A DNA stretch of 64,000 bases from Eledone cirrhosa (taxonomy: Eukaryota), in assembly GCA_964016885.1 (NCBI GenBank), contig OZ024755.1, positions 23,994,001 to 24,058,000 on the forward strand, given 5' to 3'. The notes beneath the pieces were generated by a model. It was not told where the DNA came from. It saw only the letters and a list, made by a program, of their open reading frames with translations, and ran no database searches. This document shows positions 36,067 through 49,772 of this stretch, piece by piece. Made by a program: the position numbers and the translations under genes. Within the stretch, counting starts at the first letter, position 1. Every line of letters begins with the position of its first letter.

Positions 36067-36300
36067 TTTAAGCCTTTCGATACCAACCCGCCTGAAACTG
36101 TCTGTGGTTCTCTGAGACTAAGATGGTTATTCTAAAGAGTTTATGTTTATATAAAAGCCTTCCAACATAATTTTATATAAGAAACTTTGTTAAGTTATGG
36201 TCTAAACATCAACTTAATGATGAGAAAGTTATTTACATTAAAAAACCTCCAAGAATACTTTATTTTTTTCAAAATTTTCTTTTAAACCACAGGGAGTGTC
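36067..36300 (+). mobile_element. Second piggyBac-type MITE family P2 (degenerate)
   Basis: TTAAGCCTTTCGATACCAACCCGCC start resembles 48361 and 47610; related minus copies at 45644-45916 and 47286-47498. Confidence 0.55.
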
Positions 36301-36304
36301 AAGG

Positions 36305-36490
36305 TTTGCTCCCTGAAGAGATTTTACAGGCAAACAAAACTGGCAAGAAACCCAGGGTACCCTGAGTAAGTTGTTTGGATAACATCCATGAGCTTGGCTG
36401 ATCTCATTGGAGCCAGTTGCTACTGACAGGACCCACTGGAAGGAGTGTTTGAAGACTCTGCCCCAACAACCCTCTGTGGAAGAAGGAGAA
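36305..36490 (+). mobile_element. RTE (Rex3-like) LINE 3' end
   Basis: Homologous to 59230-59450. Confidence 0.75.
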
Positions 36491-36776
36491 GACAGGGAGT
36501 GTTGTTTATTAGAAATATGGTAACAAATGTGTTTCTTCCAAATCCTAAAATATTGATACTTACAATTAAAATATATAATCACACTTCTAATTATATTACA
36601 AATAAAAAATAAGAGCCTGTATAATTTTAATTAAATGTAGAAACCTAATCATTTTTTCTTCATTCACATATGTAAGTAATTTTATAATGTTTATTTTAGA
36701 TGAGGCTAATTGTAGACTGTTTACATTAGATGAAACTAACTGTTGGCTGTTTATATTAAATGAAGCAAATTAAGTC

Positions 36777-36966
36777 TTAACTCTTTAGCATTTACATTAC
36801 TCTATATATACTATTGTACTTTCATGGTAAAGGCTTTATCTAACATAATTGTCTCACATAATATCGAATCTATGAGATTTTGGAGCAGCCAGTTATAGCT
36901 GATTTGAACGGAAAGAGATGAGAGAATTCTGACCGGCTATGGCTGATTTAAATGCTTAAGTTTTAA
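36777..36966 (-). mobile_element. piggyBac-type MITE P1, internally deleted
   Basis: TTAACTCTTTAGCATTTACATTACTC start. Confidence 0.8.
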
Positions 36967-37635
36967 TGGAAAACATTTCCAGTTCATTCTGTTTACATCT
37001 TTTTGTCATCCTAATCAAACAATTATTTGTGCACAAGAATAGAGGAGTCTGCAAAATATATATTTTTTAATTCCTTCAATTTTCATTAGGGTGTCTAGAT
37101 TCACAATAACTTATCTATTAGTTATTGTATTTAATATTTGTTGCTTAAAACATATAAACATGTATAAAACACGAGCACATTTTGTAAAGTGATTTGTAAT
37201 AAGAATAGCATCCAACTATCAAAGCCTTGCCAAAACTGGAACCTAAATAAACAAGATGAACACCACTGAAGCATTGGTGAGAGGACAGTAATTCTCATTA
37301 AGTACCGAATTGGTCCGAAACAACCTGTCCATCCCATGGAGAAACGGATGATAAATGATGAAGATGATGATGCTGGTGGTGGTGCTGGTGATAATGATGA
37401 TGATTTGCGCCAAATATTTCTGTTTCTAGGAGAGATTTCTTTGTATTCTTTAATATTGAATGTATACTACAAGAAGGAAGAAATTCTAAGATTTGTATAT
37501 ATATATATATATATATATTTCGTTTCTGAATTTGTTTAGCAAGATTCTTTATCTGAAATCGTGTGTTGAAACAAGAAACAAAATGGCGTAGGACAGAACA
37601 AAGGAGAGGCACAAAAACAAAGAAAAGAATCCCAA

Positions 37636-37678
37636 GTCACTGAAGAGGTCACAGAATGTGTGACGAAAGAACTTTGAC
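37636..37678 (+). ncRNA. Predicted minimal type I hammerhead ribozyme (family H-E)
   Basis: GTCA-CTGAAGA-G-GTCACA-GAATG-TGTGAC-GAAA-GAAC-TT^TGAC; stem I GTCA/TGAC, 6-bp stem II; decayed copy at 35277-35320. Confidence 0.75.
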
Positions 37679-37820
37679 AATATATAAACAATTATCTGGT
37701 TGTGGAACCAACCAACCAGAAATTTATAAATTCCTAAATTTATAAATTTATTATAATAAATTGAAGTGAAAGCAACTGGTGCGTGTGTTTCTTATTGGCA
37801 ACATGACCCTCCCAAAGTAT

Positions 37821-37896
<76 letters not shown>

Positions 37897-38554
37897 TCAT
37901 CATCATCATCGTTTAACGTCTACCTTCCACGCTACCATGGGTATATATATATATATTATATATACATACATACAAATGATTTCCTTCAAATGAAACAGTT
38001 CTAGTCCTGTATAAGGCATTTCTATATTAAATATTGTGTATACTCTACTAGGTATTGAGTACCTTACTTACTATGGTTACCTCGACTGAACCTGGGATAC
38101 ATTTTTTTTTTTTTATTTTTTTTTTTTTTTATAAGTAGTAACACTTCAAGGGACAGAACTCTACCTACAAGCTTCTAATTTATTATTAGAAATGTATTGG
38201 GTAGTTGCATAAGATTAATGAATGCGAAGAAAGGGTGGTAAAGATTTAGGTAGTAGGTCTCAGCTTAAATGTGATAAAGCATAAAAGTGGGGTAAACAAA
38301 AGGGAAGACAATAAAAAGTTTGAAGAATTTCTATTTATATACTCACAGACACACTAACACACTTATGAGTGTAAAAATGCATGTAAGATGGTAAAAAAGT
38401 ATAGTTAATCTTATTGACATATCTCCCACAAAGAAAAGCACTTACATATCTTCTTGAATGAGTGGCCTACCCAAAATGTTAAAATCCACATTTCCAACAA
38501 ATATATTAGCTTATTGTATAGACTCAATACATGTGTTTCATTCACAAAGTTGGT

Positions 38555-38922
38555 TTAACCTTTTAGCATTTAAACAGGCCATATCTGGCCAGAACTTACT
38601 CACCTCTTTCTGTTCAAACTGATGTTAACGTATTGTTCTCAAAATAAACAATTGTTTCTACTTTTAGTACAAGGCCAGCAATTACCCCCAGTGCATTACT
38701 GGTGTTTTATTTTATCGACCCCGTAAGGATGAAAGGTAAAGCTAATCTTAGCAGGATTTGAACTCAAAACACAAAGGGCCATAACTCTATGCTGCACAGC
38801 ATATTGTCTGATGCTCTACCGATACTGACAATTCACCACCAATATCAAAATCTCATAGATTCGATATTATGGGAAATAATTATGTAAGATAAAGCCTTTA
38901 CTGCAAAAAAAGTAATGTAAAT
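38555..38922 (+). mobile_element. piggyBac-type MITE P1 interrupted by SINE-A (38650-38840, minus)
   Basis: MITE sequence resumes AATATCAAAATCTCATAG after the SINE. Confidence 0.85.
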
Positions 38923-38939
38923 ACCATCGATAATTACAT

Positions 38940-39420
38940 AAATATAAAAAAGAAAGATAAAAACAAAATTAAGTAATGAGAAAAAAGAGGAGTAAAAAAA
39001 GGCAGATCTGGCTGAATGGAAAAGTAGAGGAAAGGACTATAAATGCCATGGATGAGAGGAAAAGGAGGGTAAAAGCAAGTACTCTGGGCCCACAGAAGAA
39101 AGGGAAGGGCAAGGAGAGAGTATGATGGGCTCTGGGTCTAGGAGGGGTGTTCGGGCTGTGCCACACGGACTAAACTGCAAAGGCTTTTCAACAGACAATG
39201 GCCAGCAACATCTACTACAACAACCACTCTACTTTGCAGGGCTGCTGATGTTCTGATTTTGCAGAGGAGCTTGACAGTATGGGGTCTGAGGATGCCTGAG
39301 GTCTCAATGGCAACCACTATGAAGAGGAAGGGGAAGGACAAGCCCCAGTATTTGTTTGTCTTCCTGTCCTCTTCATTGTAGGCTGCAGTACAAGGGTTTG
39401 TGGTCGAGGTGACTAAGTTG
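38940..39420 (-). mobile_element. CRE-like LINE 3' fragment plus UTR (UTR copy also at 57735-57890)
   Basis: FIVVAIETSGILRPHTVKLLCKI; homologous to 1820-2120. Confidence 0.6.
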
Positions 39421-39496
39421 CAAATTCCACCATCACTAGTTTCTTCAGCTTCATGAAGATTATGAACCCAACTAAGTAAATATCAGTAGAATAAAT

Positions 39497-39680
39497 AATT
39501 GTTTCTACTTTAGGCACAAGGCCAGCAATTATCCCAGTGCATTACTGGTATTTTATTTTATCGACCCCGTAAGGATGAAAGGCAAAGTCAACCTTGGCGG
39601 GATTTGAACTCAGATTGTAAAGGGACGTAACTATGCTGGAAAGCATGGCGTCCGACCCTCCACCGATACTGCCAATCCAG
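39497..39680 (-). mobile_element. SINE-A with 16-bp TSD
   Basis: CAGTAGAATAAATAAT at 39484 and 39678. Confidence 0.9.
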
Positions 39681-39704
39681 TAGAATAAATAATGTCTTGT
39701 GAAT

Positions 39705-40035
39705 TATCACCATCATCATCGTTTTTAGATCCCTTTTTCCATACTTGCATGGATTGGAACAGTTTCTCCAGCACAGCCTCACTCAACATGATGTATATTT
39801 TTGTCATCTCCTCTGTAAGGCACAGCATTTTGTAATCTGCTCTCATCCTTTCTGCCCAAATTTTACTTCCTTCCACTGATAGCTTCTAGCACTTCTTCAC
39901 CCAACAATGATCCTCCATACCAACACAGTCTTTTCTCATGCTCACTACATTTGATTCATCTTATGTTCAGTTGTTTTCTCTTCTCATCCATGCACATTAA
40001 CATCATACATCTATCAAAGCATGCTCACTTCATTT
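39705..40035 (-). mobile_element. RTE LINE 3' end
   Basis: (CAT)n tail; minus strand EKRLCWYG motif; homologous to 31268-31705. Confidence 0.65.
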
Positions 40036-40376
40036 CACCCTTTTTTTACATTATTTAATCCAAAGAGGAAGACAATAATCTTATCTATACAGGCCCTTCC
40101 AAACTAGTACGGTTTATGTCAATGATGTTCAGCCTGAACTTCTGTCCATAGTTACACAGTCATTTTACAAATTTCTCTTTAACAGTCATTGGCTTGTGTT
40201 TTATGATCTGGTTGGACTGCATTAACAGTTTATATGATACATAATAAAGTTTATGATTAATTGTATTTAATCTTTTTATTAGTTAATAAAATAAGAGATA
40301 GTGATACACTCAGATCATTTCAATGAACAATACAATTTCTTCTGAAAAATTGCCTTTGATCCTCTTCAAAGAAATA

Positions 40377-40560
40377 ATTTAGGCACAAGACCAGCAATTT
40401 TGGGGGAAGGCCCAGTATTTGGCTGGTACTTTATTTTAGTGGCCCTGGAAGGGTGAACAGCAAAGCTGACCTTGGCAAGATTTGAATACAGAACATGAAA
40501 AGCCAAAACAAATGCCACAAGGAACTTTGACCAATTCTTTGATGATTCTGCAAGTCCACC
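40377..40560 (-). mobile_element. SINE-A-related divergent copy
   Basis: GGCACAAGACCAGCAATTTTGG..CTGGTACTTTATTTT..ATTTGAATAC. Confidence 0.7.
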
Positions 40561-41374
40561 ATCCTTTTACTTATAGAATTAACAACTTACTCTAATGAGA
40601 AGAAAGAGATTTATAGAATTAACAACTTACTCTAATGAGAAGAAAGAGATTTATCAAATTAAAAACCTCATAATTACCAACCTCAATATTCAAGCATTGA
40701 ACTAAGAAAAAAATTTGAGATTTCAATATAGAATTAAAAACAAAACTGATACAGTTTCTCTCAAAGAATTCTATACATTGTATATTGACCTCAAAGTTTG
40801 TATGTAAACTGCTGTGAATAATATATAACTAGTTAGATATAATCAAAAAACATATAAAAAATATGAAGGGGATCAATCTTTAATCTTATAAACAGTAGCC
40901 ATATCATTTTACTTGGAATTCCAATGATGTATCAGTAGCAACTAAAATATTTCAACTTGTGCTGATAACTAGGAAACATATCAACAACAGAAAAATTCAT
41001 ATATATCGTTCACATTTTCCAGTTTAATATTTATTAAATGTTGAATCTTGTACTAAATATGGATTATACAAAAGGTAAACTTGATAGAAACTTGTTCAAA
41101 GAAAATTGAGGATAAACATTTATCTATAAACAAACTGATATCTTCAGATGGTATTCTCTGATAAATGAAACTCTTCATTCTATCACCAATGTTTTCAGTT
41201 TTGAGATTTAAAGATCAGTTTTCATTTGAACAATTTTTTGGATAAAATATATAAACATATCAATATTAGTTTCTTATAATTCCATGCTCTAGAAATAGTC
41301 ATACTCATATTCTTTCTTTAACTCTTAACACCCTGTAATGATTTAGCAAAAAATATCTTGATCACATTTGTTAA

Positions 41375-41590
41375 TACAAGTGGCTAAAATGAGGTTCCTC
41401 TGAAGGGTCTTTGGAGTAGCATTACTCAATAGAGTGTGTAGCTCGGCAATCAGAGAGTGACTCCAGGTAGAGCTGCTACTTCTGTAAATTGAGAGATCAG
41501 AGCTCCGATACTACAAACATGTAGTTAGAATGACTTAGGAAAGAATCACTGGACAGATTTTATAGACAAAACCAACCAGCAGGAGACCCA
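41375..41590 (+). mobile_element. RTE (Rex3-like) LINE fragment
   Basis: Homologous to 59070-59280. Confidence 0.75.
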
Positions 41591-41834
41591 TATGCATTTA
41601 CAAGTGATGAGAGTAGTTTTTACATAGTTATTTTATGAACAGACTAAGTAATATTTGGTTTCTTTGTCAAATTATAACAAAGTTGTGTTTTTATATTACA
41701 CACACATACATACACACATAAGCACGAAGAGCATACACAAAAGAGATTCTCTCAACGGTGGCTCCCTTGAACTGTTAACAGCTTTTTTTAGTAGAGATGA
41801 GTAAAGATAAAGTAAAGTAGATAGAGTATAAATG

Positions 41835-42120
41835 AATTAGAAGAAGCTTAGGGAACTATTATTGCTATTGGCAACAAGGAACGTCTCAGTCAGATGAAAG
41901 GGAGACTGTATGATGCTTGTATTCAAACTGCAATGTTGTATGGCAGTGAAACATAAGCTTTAACTGCAACGGATTTGCAAAGACTAGAAAGAAACGAAGA
42001 GAGTATGCTCCAAATGATGTGTATAAAGTTAGTGGGTATCAACAACAAAGCATAAATGAACTGAGAGAAAAATTAGGTACATGAAAAATCAAACATAGGG
42101 TGCACGAGAGAAAACTACAA
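41835..42120 (+). mobile_element. RTE LINE fragment
   Basis: KGRLYDACIQTAMLYGSET*ALTATDLQRLERNEESML (LYGSETW motif). Confidence 0.85.
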
Positions 42121-42474
42121 TTTTGCATGCCTCCCAGGACAGGTTACAGGCTGGTCACCAGTGTTTGAAGAATGAAATGGAAACTGCAATATATTTTTGG
42201 AACAGGTCCCTCCACCTAAGTCACAAAATATCCATCACATTATTTCGATAAAATTTAGGAAATCTCTACTCAAAATCTTGTTTAAATCCAAACTTACATT
42301 GCCTGTCACAAACAATATGGATGAAATTGTAACACCTATAAAAAGATTTAGACTCTAACATCAGTTGTAATGTGATTGAGCCATAAAATCAATCATACTA
42401 TATCATGGGAGAAATTTATCAAATTATTCTATCAGTCTAATGATAATAAAACACCAAACTTTATTGAGTTCCCT

Positions 42475-42701
42475 TTAACCCTTTAGCATTTAAACCAACC
42501 ATATCCAACCAGAATTCTCTCACCCCTTTCTCATCAAACCAGCTGTAATGAGCTATTCATACTGATGTTAAGGTTTTGTTCTCAAAATAAATAATATCAA
42601 AATCTCATAGATTCGATATTATGTGAGATAATTATGAAAGAAAGCCTTTACCACGAAAATACAATAGTAAATATAGAGTAATGTAAATTCTAAAAGGTTA
42701 A
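42475..42701 (+). mobile_element. piggyBac-type MITE P1
   Basis: TTAA flanks and TIRs. Confidence 0.9.
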
Positions 42702-44094
42702 AACTAGAATAATTTATTTCCAATGAACCAATCACTGGTTCACTGCATATTTTATAACATGAGTGGCAAAGGAATGAATGTCTCTTAGTATAATCTGCAA
42801 AATAACTGTTTTGTGTTATTCCTATCTATGTTTACATATAGTGTAATATCTCGAAACACACATCATCATCATCTGTAACTCTTGGAGTATATGTGTGTGT
42901 ATGCAACTCTTCCAAGATGTTCATAGATTTTTGATGACGTCACTTAGAGTCTCCTATCCTTTCCTACATTCAGACACACAGGGTGGTTTCCAGACCCTCT
43001 CACAACACAGGTTTAGCCAATTCTGAGAGAAGAATTTACCTTAACCTTTAAAGTCAGTAGGAGTGGCCAGTTACAGCCAGTTTGAACTGAAACAGGTGAA
43101 GTCCTATACGAGCGAGACACGGACACCCAAACAATCTTGCATCAAGTAGGACAATTACCGTCTAACCCATGGTAACGTGGAAGATAGATGTTACACAATG
43201 ATGTTGGCTGGTTTAAATGCTAAAGGGTTAATTTCTGTCTGCCAGGTTCAAGTCACAAAGGATCAAACACAAAACCATGTTGTTGCAAAGCAAACCTCTT
43301 AACCACACAGCTATTTCATCTTTTCAAATTGTTTTACATAATTTCACACTTTTACCTGTTATCATTTCACACACGATACACCTGAATCTTTACTTTCTTA
43401 TAATCTCTACATTATCAGCTGTACAATTTTCATTCTGTACTCTTCATCTTTAACACCTTCTCTCACATCTACAAGTTCTTCAATGTATATTCTATACACA
43501 CAAACTATTTTATCTCTTAACATATAATAAATCTGTCTCCTAACCGCTACCATCCTACACCAATGATTTTCATTTATTATGAGATTATGTGGATGCTTCT
43601 TTTCTTAACATTCCAAAATATGTTTTATCACACACATATATGTACATACACAGTTGCATGTTTATATATGTATAACATTAAATATGTTATACATATATAA
43701 ACATACCCCCCATTAGCTGATGTAGTTTAATATTCAGCAAGTTAATTAAATATAATTAATTGAATATAATTGAATATAATTAATTGAGTTCATATCCCCT
43801 GTAGCTCGTTAGATAGCAGCAGCTTCTCTCTATTTTCTTGTCCATCTACCCCCACTAACTACCATACCTCTAGTCCAATCAAATAGCAGTGGCGTTAAAG
43901 TATCTTAAACTTTAACCCTATCATCACTTTCTTCCTACTACTATAACGTACAAATACTATGTATTTTGGTGAAATGTGTGCCAGCTAGACTACATAGTAG
44001 GAAGATTACAGGTGATCAAGCAAATCTTCTTTATTTAAAGCATCAAACACTGGTACTGATTCCTCCACCCTTCTCAAATACCTATCCTACCATA

Positions 44095-44445
44095 CCAAAA
44101 AAATCCCCAAACTTCAGATCTGCAACTGTTAATGTAGGCACAATGAAAGGAAGATCAGGTGAGATTGTAGAAATGTTAGAACAAAAGAGAGTGGATGTGT
44201 GTTGTGTGCAATAGACCAGGTGGAGAGGAGGATCAGCTAGATTCTTTGTCGGTAAAAACCAACGCTGCGGATTTTTCTGGGTGGATAATCATTTCAGGCT
44301 ACATAGAGTAGGTATTTTGTTGGCAGAAAAATGGATAGATAATGTAGGATACACCATAACTATCCATATCATAAACCAAGTAATACAAAATGGTGCCATA
44401 CCCAATGACTGGCATAGCAGCAGCATCAACTGCTACAAGGGCACA
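44095..44445 (+). mobile_element. RTE LINE fragments: APE endonuclease N-terminus fused to start of RT
   Basis: SATVNVGTMKGRSGEIVEMLEQKRVDVCCVQ*TRWRG, then IPNDWHSS..CYKG. Confidence 0.85.
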
Positions 44446-44573
44446 GACAGATGAAACTGCTCTTGTTCTTTGCATTCTGAATTCAAATCCTACTAAATTT
44501 AATGTTGCCTTTCATCCATTCAAGATTGATATGTAAAGTAGGTGATACCTAGGGTTAAATAACATTATCAGAG

Positions 44574-44739
44574 TTGGTAGAGGGTTGGACATGCTTTCCA
44601 GCATAGTTACGTCCCTTTACGATCTGAGTTCAAATCCCGCCAAGGTTAACTTTGCCTTTCATCCTTACGAGGTCGATAAAATAAAGTACCAGTAATGTAC
44701 TGGGTAATTGCTGGCCTTGTGCCGAAAGTAGAAACAATT
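44574..44739 (+). mobile_element. SINE-A
   Basis: Consensus match. Confidence 0.9.
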
Positions 44740-44938
44740 ATCAAATAAAGAGTATTATAAATATATTTCCTATTCTTGCACTGAATCATAAATTTTGATG
44801 AAAACTGAAACCTTCATAGAGATAAAACTAAACAAATAATAAATGCCAAGATTTGAATTTATTATAGACAATCAATATAGAAAACCATTTTTACAACCAA
44901 ATTTATGACATTGTTGTTTAGTCCCAGGTCAATTCTGA

Positions 44939-45352
44939 TTAACCCTTTAGAATTTACATTACTCTATATTTACTATTGTATTTTCGTGGTAAAGGCTTTA
45001 CCTCAGACTTGTCAAACATGCGGCCCTTTACCAGCACATCTATGGCCCGCACAAAGATTTTTACAGCACGAGCATGTTTTATCTTTGTAATATAAAATGA
45101 AAAAAATAATAGTTGTAATGTGTGCAATTAGTTGTCATGTGTGGCCCTCAGACAACACATGTGACCCATGTGGTCCTCAACGCACTCTCGGTTTGACATG
45201 CCCGCTTTACCTTACATAATATCGAATCTATGAGATTTTGATATTTATTTTGAGAACAATAACTTAACCTAAGTATGAGTGGCTTGTTACAGCTGGTTTT
45301 AACTGAAAAAGATGAGAGAATTCTAGCCAAATATGACTAGTTTAAATGTTAA
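44939..45352 (-). mobile_element. piggyBac-type MITE P1 interrupted by a hAT MITE
   Basis: P1 sequence at 44939-45003 and 45205-45352. Confidence 0.85.
45004..45204. mobile_element. hAT (Charlie-like) MITE with 8-bp TSD CTTTACCT
   Basis: Ends CAGACTTGTCAAAC / GTTTGACATGCCCG; subterminal GCGGCCC motifs; TSD at 44996-45003 and 45205-45212. Confidence 0.85.
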
Positions 45353-46041
45353 GCAAACCTATGACCATCTCATTTTTGACTATGGGTTAAGCATTTTGAT
45401 TATAACCATCTCATCTTTTATTTAGCCAATGAAAGCAGGACTTTAGTATCTAATGTGTCAATTTTATTTAGACTATACAGTATATGAGCAGGGCTGAGAT
45501 TTAGCTATTATCTCTAGCATGTCAAGTAATCACATGGAGGCTCCCTAATTAGTGGAGCAAACTATGTAGACTTCTTTAGATGGAGATCTTTTTATCTGTT
45601 CTTGACAGCCTTTCAAATTTTCCAGCTACATCTTTTTATACTTTTAACTCTTTTGTTATCATATTTATAATAAAATACACTGTATTTGAATTACTGTAGA
45701 ATTTTGTTACCATATTTATAATAAAATACGCTGTATTTGAATTAATTACTGTAGAATTTAGAGGGATTTCCTAAATGATTTCAATTATTAATGGTATTTC
45801 TAACATAACAAAAATTTTTTATATAAAATTATAGTTTGAAGCTTTTAATCTAAATCAGAGCTTTGTTTTTTATAGTGGCAAAGGAAGCTTTAGGAAAGTG
45901 GGTATCACAGATTTAAAATATATTTTTTTTACTCTGTCAATAAATAGTTTTTTCTATTTTTTTAATGGCTTAGTCAGAGGAGAGTGAACAGCACCAATGA
46001 CGCTTTTCAGGGTCAGGTGGGAAACTTAACCCAAATACCTA

Positions 46042-46280
46042 ATCATCATCATCACTGTTTAACATCTATTTTTCCATGCTTTCATGGCTTAGATGGGTTG
46101 CCCATGTCAAGGCTGACCAGTTGGTTGCCCATGACAAGGCTGGCCAGTTGGTTGCCCATGACAAGGCTGGCCAGTTGGTTGCACAGTAACATTTTCAGAC
46201 AGAACTGTAATTTGGCTGTGATTTTTTCAGCTGGATGCCCTTCCTAACACCAACCACATTTACAGTGTGGAACTGGATGG
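46042..46280 (-). mobile_element. Retroposon family C with internal 26-bp x3 repeat
   Basis: (CAT)n tail, GGATGCCCTTCCTAACACCAACCAC; CCATGACAAGGCTGGCCAGTTGGTTG repeated. Confidence 0.75.
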
Positions 46281-48360
46281 CACTGTTATGAGGAATTGGA
46301 ACCATAGTTTGGGAGCCGGGTGGTCTCACTATGAGGGAGGTCTCGCCAGTTGACCACACCAAGCCTTACTCATAGTGGGGCCATGGGTGGCACTGTTACA
46401 AGGAGGATCTGGCCGTGGTGATATTAAAAGTTGAAAACATGAACAGTCCATTCAAGGGCTTTCACACAGTTTCTATCAAACACATTTCCCTCGTGTGTTT
46501 TTGGTCAACCCAAAGCTATGTTAGAAGATACTTGCCTAAGGGACCATGTAACAGGATCAAACCTAAAACTATGCCATGACATTTGATGTCTTGGTTCCCT
46601 TATCTTTTCCTGTACCAATTCTTTTGTAGCTTAAGCTTTTACACCAACAACTAAATGAATAATTTATAATTGAGTAACATCTCTGATAAAAAAAAAAATG
46701 AACACTATCTGCTATCTTGTTTACATTTACTAAACAACCTACAAAATAACAGATGTATGCTTTTTAAATATTTAAAAGAAAAATATTGAAGAGAAATGTA
46801 AGTTTATGATAATATTTTAAATCGTATATTCATCTAAGAGACTTACTGTATTTGCTATCTATTTCATGAATGTAGAAAATATTGCCATATCACAGCATGA
46901 CCATTTAGCAATTTACAAAAATAAATCTGTTATCATCACAAGATTATTTGCAGCCTTTAAATATGTTTTTTGTTGACATTTTTTATGGTGAGAGAGGAAA
47001 TAATTTTCATTATTCATAAATCTAATGACTTATACTTATCCATTACTTGTATATAGTTTACCAACACTAGAATAATAAATGTTTGGTTTTTCCTGACAGA
47101 AATGGAACAAATCTAATAGACTATTATTGAAAGTCCCATTTGCTCAAATTTAGAAAATGCTCTTTTTATTTTTATATGTATTTTTTTGTTCAATGTCAGT
47201 CAATGGAAATGTTTTGTAAAATAAGTGCCAAATGCCATCTTGTTAAAATATACATGTTTCTGTTTAACACTGCAATGTTTAGGCATTAACCCTTTCATGA
47301 CTACATTTCTAATGAAATACACTCTATTTTAATTAATTAATGAAGAATTTCAAGAGAATTGCTAAAATTATTAATTATTTCATTAATAAGATAGTAACTT
47401 TTTATATAAAATTATATTGGAAGATTTTAATTTTAAACTTTTAAAAATGGGTGACTTTATTTCAGAGCTGGTTTTGGTGAGGTTGGTAAATGGTTAAATA
47501 TATTCAATGAAACATCAGGCTTTCCAACTATAAGTCAAAGTGGGTGTCTCTACACAGTCATTTGATCTGTTAGAAATACCATACAAATCTCTCTCAGATC
47601 ACATTATATAACCTTTTGATACCAAACCACCTGTAATTGCACCTGCGTTTTTTATATATAAACAAATGTTTTAATGTGTTTATATTTAATTAAAAACCTT
47701 GCATCATTATTTTATATAGGAACTTTTATTAATGTATTCCTCCAAATACCAACTCAATAATGTTGCTAAATGTTTCCAAATTCTTGATTATTTTCAAAAT
47801 TATTTTAAAATCATTGATAGAGTCTTTCATTAGAAATATGGTAATGCAAGTAAGAACATATTGAATAGTGGAGCCCTAGATAAATAATACCTGTAAAAAG
47901 AGAGGGAGGTTCTGTCTGAACTGTATTTGATCAAGGTCTGCTTGATCAAGACTAACCAACAGCATTAATGTCAGAATTAGTAAGAAATGTGATACACACT
48001 TTAACAAATTTATCAACAAAACTAAGCTATTTAGTCTAATGTAATAGTGTCTGAAGCCGGTAACTTGGGTGTGTCTCTGAAAATCTAGAATAAGCTAACT
48101 CTGCATTAAGGCTTATCAATTATTTGAACTGCAAAGGCTTATTAAAGCTTATGTATTAATGGAAATAATGTAACAACAAAAGCAAAATATTTGCAGAAAA
48201 CTAAGTGCTGTCTAAATGAACTAATGTATGCTTCCATTTACATTGACTACATAAATATAAGAAAGATTTTCATTACATGTACACAATATTATCAACACAA
48301 AGGGAAAAAGGTAAATAATATATATTTTGTAAATATTGAGTTAATAGAAATAGCATTTAG

Positions 48361-48680
48361 TTAACCCTTTCGTTACCAAACCGCCCAAAGCCGCCCGAAA
48401 AAAATGTTGGTTCATGTGACCAAGCCGCCCAAAACCACCCTTACTCACACATTCATATTTAAATGAGAATATCAGAGCAAATCTCGTTAGTACATTCGTG
48501 AAAACACGTGATTATACTGCGTAAACAATTGAGCTACAGTTTTGGACAACGATTGACGTGTTATTTTAATTCTGTGAATTTTGGGAGATTTCTTTCCAAA
48601 TTTGTTCCTGTTTAATACACAAAATGAAGTATATGATCAATCATTAGATAATTTGCAATGTTATGTATGTCCTTGGAACA
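48361..48680 (+). mobile_element. piggyBac-type element left end (P2-related)
   Basis: TTAA-CCCTTTCGTTACCAAACCGCCC with repeated GCCGCCC subterminal motifs; right end not identified. Confidence 0.55.
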
Positions 48681-48820
48681 AATATAATTTCTTTCATCAG
48701 CACTAGGGAGGTTGTCATCTCTTTGGCATACCTGAAGAGTCCTCCCAACATTTATATCACTCTTATATCATAACACTATGAACTGCAATGACAAACTTAT
48801 AATTTACAGAAAAGACTCAT

Positions 48821-49092
48821 GTCATAACATTTCATGTAGCAATCATAGCATTTCATGCAGAAGTCATAATATTTCATGCAGCAGTCATAATATTTCATGC
48901 AGCTGTCATAATATTTCATGCAGCTGTCATAATATTTCATGCAACAAGTCATAACATTTCATGCAGCAGTCATAACATTTCATGTAGCCATCATAATATA
49001 TCATTTAGCCGTCATAACATATCATGTAGCAGTCATAACATTATGTTGCAGTCATAACATATCATGTAGGAATCATAACATTTCATGTAGCA
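48821..49092. repeat. 21-bp minisatellite (~13 copies, GTCATAACATTTCATGCAGCA)
   Basis: Direct tandem repetition. Confidence 0.95.
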
Positions 49093-49514
49093 ATAAGAAC
49101 ATGTAGCCTAATTTCTTTCGATAGCACCAGGATACGATCACTAGACATATGACAAAAAACCTGAACAACTCACAACTAAAACGTTCATAAACTACAAATT
49201 TACAGTTCCTGAAGCTTTATGGTTTTTCTTGAAAATCACATATTTCAAATATATTCTATGGTATAGATAAAACTGCACATCGAAAGTTGGTCTTTTTCTT
49301 AGAGGGGCATGAAATACCTTAACTCTTAATAGTTGTTGATATCCTGCAAAAATTCAATACTAACACTTTCCCCAAATAACAATTTATGATCTGCAAAGAA
49401 GAATAAGTTATAGAAAGAACTCAATTTTATGAATGTATAAGAAGTAACAGAACTGAACCATAAAAAGAATGATTGAATATTTATAGAGTCCAAAGTCTGT
49501 CTTAGGCCATTTAA

Positions 49515-49772
49515 GGTTCATTACGCCAGTGCTTATCCCGGTTTCATGGCATGAAGTGACTGAGAGTACAAGACTCCCACCTGGACAGAATGCCAGTCCA
49601 TTGCAGGGTTAAACCCCCCGTTTTGCTGGTACTCATTTTCAGCTGAGTATACTGAAGCAACATGAAATTAAGTGTTTTGCCCAAGAACACAACACACAAC
49701 CCAGTCCAGGAATTGAACTAATGACATTATGATCGTAAGTCCAACATCCTTACCACTAGGCCATGTGCCTTC
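49515..49772 (-). mobile_element. SINE-B (CORE-like)
   Basis: Reverse complement of the 1102/33895 type. Confidence 0.85.

Noticed and set aside
40571-40654. 40-bp exact tandem duplication
   Set aside because: Ordinary slippage duplication with no further structure.
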